Of a stretch of 64,000 nucleotides of DNA, positions 1 to 9,162 are shown piece after piece. The DNA is from an uncultured bacterium (GTDB taxonomy: Bacteria > Hydrothermota > UBA3073 > NMUJ01 > CBEVQO01), in the NCBI GenBank assembly GCA_965552055.1, contig CBEVQO010000003.1, positions 1 to 64,000 on the forward strand, given 5' to 3'. The first letter of the stretch is position 1, and the number at the start of each line of letters is the position of its first letter. The position numbers were made by a program, and so were the translations under genes. The notes under the pieces are model-generated. The model was not told the DNA's origin, did not search any database, and saw nothing but the letters and a program-made list of their open reading frames with translations.

Positions 1-137
1 TTTTACCTTCAGGCAAATATGTATTCACATGGGACAGGAGTGATAAAAGTGGCAGTGAAGTTTCTCCCGGTGTCTATTTTTATATTTTGAGAATCAATGA
101 CAAATGTGAATCAAAGAAGATAGTGATAGTTAAATAA
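1..137 (+). CDS. 3' end of a secreted protein with T9SS-type/FlgD-Ig C-terminal sorting domain (partial)
   Basis: Frame from position 3 reads LPSGKYVFTWDRSDKSGSEVSPGVYFYILRINDKCESKKIVIVK*, with the typical WD..G..V..GVYF...KKIVI motif; not in the ORF track. Confidence 0.8.
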   Translation, partial: LPSGKYVFTWDRSDKSGSEVSPGVYFYILRINDKCESKKIVIVK

Positions 138-246
138 ATTTTTAATGCGAGCGTAAGCGAGCTAATTACCAATGGGTTGTGAGTCAACACCCCGACTGAA
201 AGGAGGGGTGTGCACGAGGGTGGTGGGGACAGGGAGGCGGGGCTAA
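136..246 (+). repeat. Structured intergenic element, copy 1 (short form)
   Basis: AAATTTTTAAT-GCGAGCGTAAGCGAGC head, GGGTTGTGAGTCAACACCCC...GGGGTGTGCACGAGGG, G-run tail; core differs from the copy at 56168-56278 by about 1 nt. Confidence 0.9.
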
Positions 247-265
247 TAATAATTTTTGATATTAC

Positions 266-292
266 TTGACAGAGATATATTTTTATTAAAAT
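266..292 (+). promoter_or_regulatory. sigma70-like promoter, 15-bp spacer, leaderless start
   Basis: TTGACA(266-271)-N15-TAAAAT(287-292); ATG at 298, no SD. Confidence 0.7.
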
Positions 293-297
293 AATTA

Positions 298-1614
298 ATG
301 AATAAAATTGGAATAAGGCGTGAGGATAAGAATGAGTGGGAAAGAAGAGCACCTTTAACTCCCCATCATATAAAAGAGTTAAAAGAAAAGTATGGGATTG
401 AGTTTGTTGTTCAACCATCCGATAATTATATCCCCAGAAGGATATTTTGTGATGATGAATATAGGAAAGCAGGTGCAGAAGTAAGAGAAGATTTATCGGA
501 TTGTGATGTAATACTTGGTGTAAAAGAGATGCCAGTGAATTTCTTTGAAGAAGGCAAAACTTATATTTTCTTTTCTCATACGATAAAAGGACAGCCACAA
601 AATATGCCGATGTTAAAGCGTATGATAGAATTGAAATGCAATTTGATAGATTATGAAAAGGTTACAGATAGGTCTGGCAAGCGTCTTATTTATTTCAGTT
701 ATCATGCGGGGCTCGCAGGTGCGATAGATACATTGTGGATACTCGGTAAAAGATTTGAGTGGAAAGGTATAAAGACACCATTTTTGAAAATAAAGCAAAC
801 ACTCTGTTATAAGAATTTAAAAGATGCAAAGGAAAATTTGATTAAAGTTGGGGAAGAAATTAAGAAAGGTTTACCTGCTGATGTAGTGCCATTTATTGTG
901 GGCGTCATTGGTAGGGGTCATGTAGCACAGGGTGTAAACGAAATCCTTGAATGTTTTCCTCTCGAAGATGTGTCTCCAGAAGATATTAAAAAGGTTTTTG
1001 TAAATCCAAAGGAAGACAGAATTTACAGAATTAAGTTTTTAAAAGAGCATACGGTTGAATTGAAAGAAGGAGGAGGTTTTAAAGGGTATGATCATTTTAA
1101 TAAAAATCCACATCTTTACAAGACATGCTTTGATAAATATTTGCCTTATCTTACATGTATTTTTAATGCAATTTACTGGGATGAAGGGTATCCCAGGTTG
1201 ATAACGAAAGAGATGTTGAGAAATCTTTTTGAGGGGAGTATCTGGCGTTTGGAGATAATAGGCGATATAACATGCGATATAGGTGGTTCTGTTGAGTGCA
1301 CGGTAAAAGCTACAAATCCATCGCAACCTACTTTTGTTTATCATCCACTCACAGATGAAATAAAAGACGGCTATGAAGGTGAAGGTCTCGTTATTCTTGC
1401 GGTTGATAATTTACCCTGTGAACTACCATTAGAATCTTCTGAATTTTTCAGCAATGCGTTATATCGATTTATACCTGATGTAGCGAAAGCAGATTTTACA
1501 AAATCTTATGAGGAGATAGAGTTACCTTTTGAGGTAAAGAATGCCATGATTTTATGTCATGGTGAATTTACTCCGAATTATGAGTATATGCGGCGCTTTG
1601 TTGAAGATGTGTAG
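298..1614 (+). CDS. Lysine-ketoglutarate reductase / saccharopine dehydrogenase (AlaDh/PNT family, LKR half of AASS)
   Basis: IGIRREDKNEWERRAPLTP, ILGVKE, FFSHTIKGQ, LIDYE, DITCDIGGSVE, AVDNLPCELP motifs. Confidence 0.85.
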   Translation: MNKIGIRREDKNEWERRAPLTPHHIKELKEKYGIEFVVQPSDNYIPRRIFCDDEYRKAGAEVREDLSDCDVILGVKEMPVNFFEEGKTYIFFSHTIKGQPQNMPMLKRMIELKCNLIDYEKVTDRSGKRLIYFSYHAGLAGAIDTLWILGKRFEWKGIKTPFLKIKQTLCYKNLKDAKENLIKVGEEIKKGLPADVVPFIVGVIGRGHVAQGVNEILECFPLEDVSPEDIKKVFVNPKEDRIYRIKFLKEHTVELKEGGGFKGYDHFNKNPHLYKTCFDKYLPYLTCIFNAIYWDEGYPRLITKEMLRNLFEGSIWRLEIIGDITCDIGGSVECTVKATNPSQPTFVYHPLTDEIKDGYEGEGLVILAVDNLPCELPLESSEFFSNALYRFIPDVAKADFTKSYEEIELPFEVKNAMILCHGEFTPNYEYMRRFVEDV

Positions 1615-1626
1615 CTGGAGGGAGAG

Positions 1627-2913
1627 ATGAGCAGGGTTTTGATTTTGGGTGCAGGTATGGTGTCGAAACCGATAGTCAGATATTTGCTTTCTAAAGGTTA
1701 TGAAGTGTGGGTTGCTACTCGTACAGTATCTAAGGCAGAGGCACTGATAGAGGGTCATCCCCGTGGTAAAGCGATAAAATGCCTTGCAGATGATACACAA
1801 AAGTTGAAGGAACTGATAAAGGAATCGGACATAGTTGTAAGTTTATTACCACATGAATATCATGTTGAAGTTGCTAAGATATGCATAGAAGAGAAGAAAA
1901 ATATGGTGACAACATCTTATACTTCTTCTGAATTAGAGTCACTTGACAATCTGGCGAAAGAATCTGGCATTATAATTTTAAATGAAATGGGTTTTGACCC
2001 CGGTATTGACCATATGTTGACGATGAAAATGATAGACGGAATGAAAGAAAAGGGTTTCAAAGTTACAGGTTATTATTCCTATTGTGGTGCATTACCTGCT
2101 CCTGAGTGTGCAAACAATCCGATAAAATACAAATTTTCATGGAGTCCGAGAGGTGCTTTACAGGCATGTAAAAATCCTGCGCGGTATATGCGTAATGGTG
2201 AGATAATAGAAGTGAAAGGGGATGAACTTTTTGAGCATCGCTGGATAATAGATGTAGAAGAAATTGGCAAATTAGAAGCTTATCCCAATCGTGATTCTGT
2301 TAAATATATTGAAAAATATGGCATCCCTGGTGTGAAGAACATTTTAAGAGCCACTTTAAGGTATCCTGGCTGGTGTGAAACTATGGATTTGTTGAATAAA
2401 CTTGGTTTGCTTTCGGAAGAAGAATATGATTTCGGTGAAAAAACATGGTCTAGCTTTACGAAAGAGAGATTGAGGGAACTTCGCATAAACAGGAATCAGA
2501 TAGCGGTAAAGCGTCTCGAATGGCTTTCTTTGTTCAGTGAAGAGAAAATTGGTGGCAGAAAGATTCCACTTGATTTAATTGTTGAAAAATTTCTTTCAAA
2601 AGCCCAATATAAAGAAGGAGAAAGGGACATGTGTGTGCTGAAGATAGAAATTGAATTTGAGAAAAATGGCTCCCAAGAGAAGCATATTGCTACATTTTTG
2701 GAATTTGGAGAGATAGGCAATGAAACTGCTGTTTCCCGTGCAGTATCCCTTCCAGCTGCTGTAGCCGTGGAGCTAATTCTTAAAGGAGAGATAAAATCGA
2801 GAGGCGTAAGGATACCCGTTGATAGGGAAATTTATGAACCTGTATTAAACTCACTTGACAAAATGGGATTTTCGTTTAAATATAAAGTGAGCGCCCGTAG
2901 CTCAACTGGATAG
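1627..2913 (+). CDS. Saccharopine dehydrogenase (glutamate-forming, SDH half of AASS)
   Basis: GAGMV Rossmann, EMGFDPGIDHM, YCGALPAPE, YKFSWSPRG, EAYPNRDS, TLRYPG. Confidence 0.9.
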   Translation: MSRVLILGAGMVSKPIVRYLLSKGYEVWVATRTVSKAEALIEGHPRGKAIKCLADDTQKLKELIKESDIVVSLLPHEYHVEVAKICIEEKKNMVTTSYTSSELESLDNLAKESGIIILNEMGFDPGIDHMLTMKMIDGMKEKGFKVTGYYSYCGALPAPECANNPIKYKFSWSPRGALQACKNPARYMRNGEIIEVKGDELFEHRWIIDVEEIGKLEAYPNRDSVKYIEKYGIPGVKNILRATLRYPGWCETMDLLNKLGLLSEEEYDFGEKTWSSFTKERLRELRINRNQIAVKRLEWLSLFSEEKIGGRKIPLDLIVEKFLSKAQYKEGERDMCVLKIEIEFEKNGSQEKHIATFLEFGEIGNETAVSRAVSLPAAVAVELILKGEIKSRGVRIPVDREIYEPVLNSLDKMGFSFKYKVSARSSTG

Positions 2914-2964
2914 AGCGTCGGACTACGGATCCGAAGGTTGGGGGTTCAAATCCCTCCGGGCGCG
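2891..2964 (+). tRNA. tRNA-Arg(ACG), no encoded CCA
   Basis: GCGCCCG/CGGGCGC acceptor stem, TCGGA-CTACGGA-TCCGA anticodon arm, GGTTCAAATCC T-loop. Confidence 0.95.
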
Positions 2965-2969
2965 TAAAA

Positions 2970-3362
2970 ATGAAATTAAAGGGAATCATATTATCTACTG
3001 AAGGCGATTTCGCAGATGTGAAAATAAATGCCGAAGCATGTAAGAAATGTCCTGGTAATATTTTTTGTGGAAAGGGTGTAAAAATAGTGAGGGCGAAAAA
3101 TAAAATAGGTGCAAAGAAAGGTGATGAGGTTATAATCTATGAACCAGAAAATATTGCGATTTTCATATCGGCGCTTTTGTTTTTGTTTCCTGTTTTTGCT
3201 TTTCTTGCAGGATTTTTGCTCATGCGTATTTTGAAGTTTAAAGAGATTTTCCAATTTTTGACAGGTTTTTCTTTTCTGGGAATTTACATGTTTTTCATAA
3301 CAAGGTTTTCTGAGAAAGTTAAAGGTAAGTTTAATCCAGAGATTGTTGAAATTATTTCTTGA
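2970..3362 (+). CDS. RseC/MucC (SoxR reducing system) family membrane protein
   Basis: ACKKC...C cysteine motif, AKNKIGAKKGDEV, two TM helices, C-terminal PEIVEII. Confidence 0.8.
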   Translation: MKLKGIILSTEGDFADVKINAEACKKCPGNIFCGKGVKIVRAKNKIGAKKGDEVIIYEPENIAIFISALLFLFPVFAFLAGFLLMRILKFKEIFQFLTGFSFLGIYMFFITRFSEKVKGKFNPEIVEIIS

Positions 3363-3401
3363 CAATATGGTAATTTGTTTAAATAAGTGAAAGGAGGTAT
3401 T

Positions 3402-4076
3402 ATGTTTTATCTTTTGTTTTTGTTATTTCAGATGGAGACAGAGCGACCTACGGTAGCTGTTTTTGATTTTGAAGAGATTAGTTGCAGAGAAGGTTTAGGC
3501 AAGGGAGTTGCCGAACTTGTTCTTACTCATTTAGCCCAATCCGGTAAATTTAAAGTGGTCGAAAGGGCTCAATTGCTAAAAGTTTTGAAAGAGCAGAAGA
3601 TGGCGGTCGGTGGTCTTATAGATGAACAGACAGCTGTTGAAATGGGAAAATTACTTGGTGCAAAATATGTTGTGCTTGGTAGTGTATTTAAATCGGGTAT
3701 GATTTATACTTTGAATGCACGCTTTATAAATGTTGAGACAGCAGAAGTTGAGTTTGCAAATTCTGTGACATGTAGAAGCGAATCAGAATTTCCTTATGCT
3801 TCCAAAAAATTAATCTACGGTATGATTGCACCAAAATCCCGTCCTTCTCTTCCAGAGAAGAAAAGACCGATAGAAAAGGTGGAAAAGCCTGAGAAAAAGC
3901 GTCCTCCCAACATTGCTGCGTTTAAAAGAGGATTAGCGGAAGGGTATATTGCGGGCAGGAAAGCAGGGGTTGCGAAAGGCAGGAAAAAGGCATTAAGAGA
4001 GGGTGCACTTACAGGTTGTCTTTTGTGGACTGCTGGTATTTTGCTGATAATAGCATTGGGGGCAGGTGGGTCATGA
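3402..4076 (+). CDS. CsgG/HfaB/FlgO-domain exported protein with Gly-repeat helix and C-terminal TM anchor
   Basis: TVAVFDF...FKVVERAQL...MGKLLGAKYVVLGSV; SD AAGGAGGT places the ATG at 3402. Confidence 0.75.
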   Translation: MFYLLFLLFQMETERPTVAVFDFEEISCREGLGKGVAELVLTHLAQSGKFKVVERAQLLKVLKEQKMAVGGLIDEQTAVEMGKLLGAKYVVLGSVFKSGMIYTLNARFINVETAEVEFANSVTCRSESEFPYASKKLIYGMIAPKSRPSLPEKKRPIEKVEKPEKKRPPNIAAFKRGLAEGYIAGRKAGVAKGRKKALREGALTGCLLWTAGILLIIALGAGGS

Positions 4077-4360
4077 TAGTGTTTTTATTTTTGCTTGCAA
4101 TAAATGAACAGAGACAGCCCAGCTTCCATAAAGATAAAATAGAATTTGCTCAGCGATTGCAACGCCCTGTGCTCCGCAGGATTGCTAAAGAAATCCCGAA
4201 TGACCCGAGAACTGCTTACAGAGCTGGCTATCAAAGGGGCTTCTCAAAAGGTTACAAAGATGGTTTTCGTGCAGGGAGAAGGTCAGCGACATACTGGTTT
4301 GGATGCCTGCTCGGTTTAACATTAGGTCCTGTTGGCTATCTGATAGCGTTATTCTTTTAA
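4073..4360 (+). CDS. Small membrane protein with YxxGYxxG repeats
   Basis: ATGA overlap with upstream stop; hydrophobic N-terminus; AYRAGYQRGFSKGYKDGFRAG; C-terminal TM. Confidence 0.65.
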   Translation: MIVFLFLLAINEQRQPSFHKDKIEFAQRLQRPVLRRIAKEIPNDPRTAYRAGYQRGFSKGYKDGFRAGRRSATYWFGCLLGLTLGPVGYLIALFF

Positions 4361-4371
4361 AGGAGGAAAAA

Positions 4372-4758
4372 ATGACAAAAGTACCTGAAGACCTGTTGTA
4401 TACAAAAACACATGAATGGGTGAAGATAGAGGATGATACAGCGATTGTTGGCATTACTGATTATGCCCAAAGTGAGTTAGCCGATATTGTGCATGTTGAG
4501 CTCCCTGATGTTGGCAGTAAGTTATCAAAGGGCGATGCTTGTGGCACGATAGAGGCAGTGAAGACAGTTGCCGACCTTTACAGTCCTTTATCAGGTGAGG
4601 TAATAGAGGTGAACGAAAAGGTAAAGGAAGCACCTGAAATCATAAATAGAGACCCTTATGGTGAAGGATGGATGATTAAATTGAAAATCGAGAAAAAAGA
4701 AGAAATTGAGGAACTATTGAAACCGGAAGATTACAAAAAATTAATAGAAGAGCATTAA
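4372..4758 (+). CDS. gcvH: Glycine cleavage system H protein
   Basis: YTKTHEWV, GITDYAQ, IEAVKTV lipoyl-Lys, INRDPYGEGWM; SD AGGAGG. Confidence 0.95.
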   Translation: MTKVPEDLLYTKTHEWVKIEDDTAIVGITDYAQSELADIVHVELPDVGSKLSKGDACGTIEAVKTVADLYSPLSGEVIEVNEKVKEAPEIINRDPYGEGWMIKLKIEKKEEIEELLKPEDYKKLIEEH

Positions 4759-6197
4759 TTTTATCTTTTTTAAATTCTATTTTTCTTCTCTGTGGTTTTT
4801 ATTTTTCTCCCTTTTTTCTTTTCTTTGCCTTTGTGCCTTTTATTTTACTGATTTCAGAAGGAAAGTTAAAAGAGGCGTTATTTTATTCTTTTTTGAGCGG
4901 TTTTTTGTTTGGTGCTGGATTATTGTGGTGGATAAATGTTGTTAATGCACCTATAAAGATTTATTTGTACATTGGAGCTTTTTTACTTTATTGCTATTTT
5001 GGGCTAATTTTTCTTGTAGTTGCTTTTTTTCTTAAATTTTTGCGGAATGTTTATTTTTTCCCTGTTATATGGACGGGAATTGAATTTTTAAGGGGTTTAA
5101 GTGCTGACCTTGGCTTTACATGGGGCTCTTTACCTTACGCCTTCGCACATCATCCCGAGTTTTTACAATTTATAGACATTACAGGAATGTACGGATTTAC
5201 ATTTTTTGTCTGTCTTATAAATGTCTTTATTTATGTAATTTTTTTCAAAAAAAGATATAAACTGGCGATTGTCGTAATTTTGTTAATAATCTTTGATTAT
5301 ATTTATGGTAAAATTAAAATGAGATATTATGATTCAAAAAAATATTTGGAGAAAGAAGTTTATATTGTGCAATCTGCTATTCCCCCTGAAGTGAAGACAG
5401 AAAAAGAAAACAGAGAAAGGTATAAGTTATTTTATGAAATGACAAAGAGATGCAAAAACTGTGATTTGATTATATGGTCTGAAAGTGCTTTACCTTCAAT
5501 TCGTCTTTTTAGAAGTTATTTTAAGATAAGTTTAAAGGATTTTGTGGCTTCACTTGGTACAGGTCTGGTGTTTGGTACGATAAGATATGGTTCAGCTGGA
5601 TATTATAATAGTGTTGCTTTTTGCCATGGAGATACCATTGAATTTTATGATAAGATGTATCTTGTTCCTTTTAGCGAAAGAATTCCGTTTGAAGATATTT
5701 TTAAATTTTTGAAAAAATTACATCTCGGTGGCAGTCATTTCTCGAGGGGAAGGGAATTTAAGGTTTTCAATTACAGAGGGATAAAATTTTGTGTGCTTAT
5801 TTGCTGGGAGGGCATTTTTCCCCGGCTTGTACGCAAATTTGTTGAAAGGGGTGCTAATTTACTTATCAATATTTCGGAAGATATGTGGTTCGGCAGGACT
5901 TCTGGTCCTTATCAGCATGCTGGTATGACTGTGTTAAGGTCAATAGAATACAGGCGTGCACTTGTGCGCTGTGCGACAGCTGGGATATCGCAGGTTGTTC
6001 TACCTTCAGGCAGAATTAGTTTCAGGACGAATCTTTTTGAGAGGAAAATTGCAAAAGTTAAAGTGCCTTTAAATTCTGGGCTGACGATTTATGCAAAGGC
6101 AGGTGATTTATTTTCCTACATTATTCTTTTTTTGCTGATAATTTTTGTGGCATTCCGATCAAGGTACTCTAATTTTTTCAGGCGCTGTTGCTTTTGA
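4740..6197 (+). CDS. lnt: Apolipoprotein N-acyltransferase (start uncertain: ATT at 4740 or GTG at 4833)
   Basis: GFTWG, WSESA, YDKMYLVPFSE, LICWE, EDMWFG, RSIEYRR; the frame stays open and hydrophobic upstream of 4833. Confidence 0.9.
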   Translation: MNRRALILSFLNSIFLLCGFYFSPFFLFFAFVPFILLISEGKLKEALFYSFLSGFLFGAGLLWWINVVNAPIKIYLYIGAFLLYCYFGLIFLVVAFFLKFLRNVYFFPVIWTGIEFLRGLSADLGFTWGSLPYAFAHHPEFLQFIDITGMYGFTFFVCLINVFIYVIFFKKRYKLAIVVILLIIFDYIYGKIKMRYYDSKKYLEKEVYIVQSAIPPEVKTEKENRERYKLFYEMTKRCKNCDLIIWSESALPSIRLFRSYFKISLKDFVASLGTGLVFGTIRYGSAGYYNSVAFCHGDTIEFYDKMYLVPFSERIPFEDIFKFLKKLHLGGSHFSRGREFKVFNYRGIKFCVLICWEGIFPRLVRKFVERGANLLINISEDMWFGRTSGPYQHAGMTVLRSIEYRRALVRCATAGISQVVLPSGRISFRTNLFERKIAKVKVPLNSGLTIYAKAGDLFSYIILFLLIIFVAFRSRYSNFFRRCCF

Positions 6198-6201
6198 GTT
6201 C

Positions 6202-6227
6202 CACTGAAAGTGGTTTTTCTTTCAGTG
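6202..6227. terminator. Stem-loop downstream of lnt (possible terminator)
   Basis: CACTGAAAG-N8-CTTTCAGTG perfect 9-bp stem; weak U-tract. Confidence 0.4.
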
Positions 6228-6326
6228 CACTAACTTTTAAAATGGAGAAACCGATGATATTTCCTTTTTTCCGTTCAAACAAAACTTCGAGATAATTCCC
6301 TTCTTTATGTCAAGCTTTTTTAAGTT

Positions 6327-6765
6327 AAATTTTTAATGCGAGGCGTAGCCGAGCAAGGCATTGCCTTGACCATGCTGTGGCTTTTTAAGGCGCTTTGTTC
6401 ATAACAAGTGCGTATTTTTGCTAATAATTTTTAATGCGAGGCGTAGCCGAGCATGTTACATATGGGTTGTGAGCCAACACCCCGAGCGGTTAAAGCGGAA
6501 CTACATTTTGGGAGCAGAGAGGTAGATTTTTAAGGGTAGCGGTGATGAAAGCGGGAGCTGGTTTTAGGTGCGATACTACACTCATTATGGGTAGAGGTTA
6601 TAGAGTGCGGTAGTGCAGTTTTTGATGTGATTGAGGTTTTGGTTGCGAACTTGCTTTATTACGGGTAGGGCATTTTAAAGAGCGGGAGTGCGGTCAAGGT
6701 GGTGCCTTGTCCCGCGAGGGGTGTGCACGAGGGCGGTGGGGACAGGGAGGAGGGGCTAAAAATTT
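6327..6765 (+). repeat. Structured intergenic element, copy 2 (long form with duplicated head)
   Basis: Two GCGAGGCGTAGCCGAGC heads (6338, 6436), roughly 230-nt insert between ACACCCC and GGGGTGT, G-run tail; closely similar to the copy at 13375-13716. Confidence 0.9.
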
Positions 6766-6810
6766 GAGTAAAAATGATTGACAAAGAAATTATTTGTAGA
6801 AAAATGAAAG

Positions 6811-8094
6811 ATGATCGAGAGGTATCAAACTCCGGAGATGCGTGAAATATGGTCGGAGAAAACGAGATATCAAAAATGGTTACTCATTGAAATAAAATTG
6901 CTGGAAGTGCTCTCAAAATACGAAAAAATACCCAAAGAAGTCATTGAAAAGCTTAAGAAGATAGAAGTGGATGTTGAAAGGATAAAGGAGATTGAAAAGA
7001 GAACGGAGCACGAAGTTATAGCATTTATTGAGAGTATAATAGAAAAAGTACCGGAATGCGGTAAATATTTTCACAAAGGATTAACATCTTCCGATGTTAT
7101 GGATACCGGTTTTTCTTTGCAGATAAAAGATGCCTTAAAGGTTATTTTTGAAGAGCTCGATAAGCTAAAAGAAAATTTGAAGAATAAAGCGTTAAAGGAG
7201 CGTGATACTGTGATGGCTGGTCGCACACATGGTATTCATGCAGAACCTATTACTCTTGGCTTAAAATTTTTAAGATGGTATGATGAGATTAAGAGAGGGA
7301 TAAAGAGGTTGAAGCTTGCGGAAGATGAAATATCTTATGGTAAGCTGTCGGGTGCTGTTGGTACCTGTGCTCATATTTCACCTCAGATAGAAGAGGAAGT
7401 TTTAAAGGCACTGGATTTAAAACCCGAGCCAGTGGCTTCACAAGTAGTTCATCGTGACAGGCATGCATTTTTGATGTGTGTACTTGCACTTATTGCATCG
7501 ACATGTGAGAAAATAGCAACAGAGATAAGACAATTGCAGAGGACAGAAATAGGGGAATTAGAGGAGCCTTTTAAAGGTGGTCAAAAAGGTTCATCTGCTA
7601 TGCCCCATAAGAAAAATCCCGTAATTTGTGAAAGGATATGTGGATTGGCAAGATTTATAAGAAGCTTTGTGATAACAGCAATGGAAAATGTGAATTTATG
7701 GAATGAAAGGGATATAAGTCATTCGTCAACAGAAAGGTTGATTTTTCCCGATGCTTTTACAGCGTTGCACTACATCTTGAGGAAGTTAAATTTTGTGATT
7801 TCGAATTTGAAGATAAATTATGACAGGATAAAGGAAAATCTTGAAAAGACAGGTGGTTTAATTTTTTCTGGGAGGGTTTTGAAAGCGCTCATGGATAAAG
7901 GATTTAGCAGGGAAAGAGCATATGAGATAGTGCAGAAGAAAGCATTTGAAGCGATGAAGAAGGGGCACTTTAAAGAGTTGCTAAAAGAATATTTTACCGA
8001 CAGAGAATTGGAAGAAATTTTTGATTATCGCTATTATCTGAGGAATTTGGGGGATATTTACGGTAGGGTTATTGGTGAGGGAAATGATGTTTAA
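6811..8094 (+). CDS. purB: Adenylosuccinate lyase
   Basis: MIERY, GLTSSDVMD, GRTHGIHAEP, GSSAMPHKKNP, ERDISHSSTER. Confidence 0.97.
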   Translation: MIERYQTPEMREIWSEKTRYQKWLLIEIKLLEVLSKYEKIPKEVIEKLKKIEVDVERIKEIEKRTEHEVIAFIESIIEKVPECGKYFHKGLTSSDVMDTGFSLQIKDALKVIFEELDKLKENLKNKALKERDTVMAGRTHGIHAEPITLGLKFLRWYDEIKRGIKRLKLAEDEISYGKLSGAVGTCAHISPQIEEEVLKALDLKPEPVASQVVHRDRHAFLMCVLALIASTCEKIATEIRQLQRTEIGELEEPFKGGQKGSSAMPHKKNPVICERICGLARFIRSFVITAMENVNLWNERDISHSSTERLIFPDAFTALHYILRKLNFVISNLKINYDRIKENLEKTGGLIFSGRVLKALMDKGFSRERAYEIVQKKAFEAMKKGHFKELLKEYFTDRELEEIFDYRYYLRNLGDIYGRVIGEGNDV

Positions 8095-8199
8095 GTGAGT
8101 AGCTCATAAGCTCTTAATTTAGCCCTTGCTTTTCGTTTAGCATTCTTGGAATAGAGTGAAGTGTGAAGCACCGCAGAATGCCCGCCGTCGCCGTAAAGT

Positions 8200-9162
8200 T
8201 TAGTCATGGTTATTTTCCCCATAATATTCAAATAGTGAAGGTATTTCCGGATGTTTTTTAAGTTTTATTCCTTTTTTCTCTACTTCCTTCGGATCAGATG
8301 GAATTATAAATGCCTTCTTTATTTTTTCCCAGTCCTTATCCCTGAGTGTAACTATTTTCCCAAGATATATACTCACATAGCAACCATTAATTTTAGTAGG
8401 CTGAGTGGATTCCAGTTTCTTCTTTGTCATTTCTACATACTTGGGATCTATGTCAATGGCGATATATTTCCTTCCCAGCCTCTTTGCAGCTATTGCTGTT
8501 GTCCCTGTCCCAACAAACGGATCGAGAACTATATCTCCCTCATCTGTAGTCATTAAAATTAATCTTTCCAATAAAGGAATTGGCAACTGACAAGGATGCT
8601 CGTCCCTTCTTTTTTTATGTCTTATTCTATGAATATCAGTCCACACATCTGAAATTAATGGTCCATACGGGTGCATCTGATTCTTTTTTCCACCATAGTC
8701 CTGCAAAATAATCTCACATTTCCTGCATCTGGGATGTGCTCCACGAATATCATAAAACTTGAAGCCTTTTGGCTGTTTGGTATACCACAAAATACCATAA
8801 TGATTTGGTAGCAACGTTTTTCCAAGAGGTGCGCCCATTGCATTCCATGCTATCCAGTGTCTGAAATAAGCAATTTCATTAAGATATGATGCAAAATATG
8901 TAAGCCATCTTGGGATATTATGGACAAATATTGAACCTGTTGGTTTAGTGATTCTAACCATTTCCTTTAACCACAACTTGCACCATTCTATATATTCATC
9001 CACATCTTTTTTATCATAATAGCTGTTGTATTTTTTACCTAAATTAAATGGTGGATCGGCGAAGGTCATATCTACTGAGTCATCTGGAATTTGCCGCATT
9101 ATTTCTATCGCATCTCCTTGTATCACTTTGTTAATGAAATTGTCTATATTTTTAGATCCCAT
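8200..9162 (-). CDS. Site-specific DNA methyltransferase (amino-MTase, beta order)
   Basis: FADPPFN motif IV precedes HPCQLP and VLDPFVGTGTT motif I. Confidence 0.9.
   Translation of the reverse strand: MGSKNIDNFINKVIQGDAIEIMRQIPDDSVDMTFADPPFNLGKKYNSYYDKKDVDEYIEWCKLWLKEMVRITKPTGSIFVHNIPRWLTYFASYLNEIAYFRHWIAWNAMGAPLGKTLLPNHYGILWYTKQPKGFKFYDIRGAHPRCRKCEIILQDYGGKKNQMHPYGPLISDVWTDIHRIRHKKRRDEHPCQLPIPLLERLILMTTDEGDIVLDPFVGTGTTAIAAKRLGRKYIAIDIDPKYVEMTKKKLESTQPTKINGCYVSIYLGKIVTLRDKDWEKIKKAFIIPSDPKEVEKKGIKLKKHPEIPSLFEYYGENNHD

Noticed and set aside
80..598. 172-aa minus ORF, the 81-aa ORF at 13647-13892 and the N-terminal extension 13673-13753
   Set aside because: They run through the non-coding element or antisense to real genes; the shared SLSPPPSCTP peptide only reflects the G-rich tail
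3359..3385. TTGACA sites at 3359, 6778, 50319 and 58685 as further 15-bp promoters
   Set aside because: No clean TAnnnT at 15 bp, so not counted in the promoter set
6327..6765. Purine riboswitch or other known leader RNA upstream of purB
   Set aside because: The same sequence occurs beside unrelated genes and lies upstream of the candidate -35 box; no known aptamer motif recognised
8100..8199. Canonical integron attC site or intrinsic terminator after purB
   Set aside because: No RYYYAAC/GTTRRRY pair or long stem; no integrase in the window
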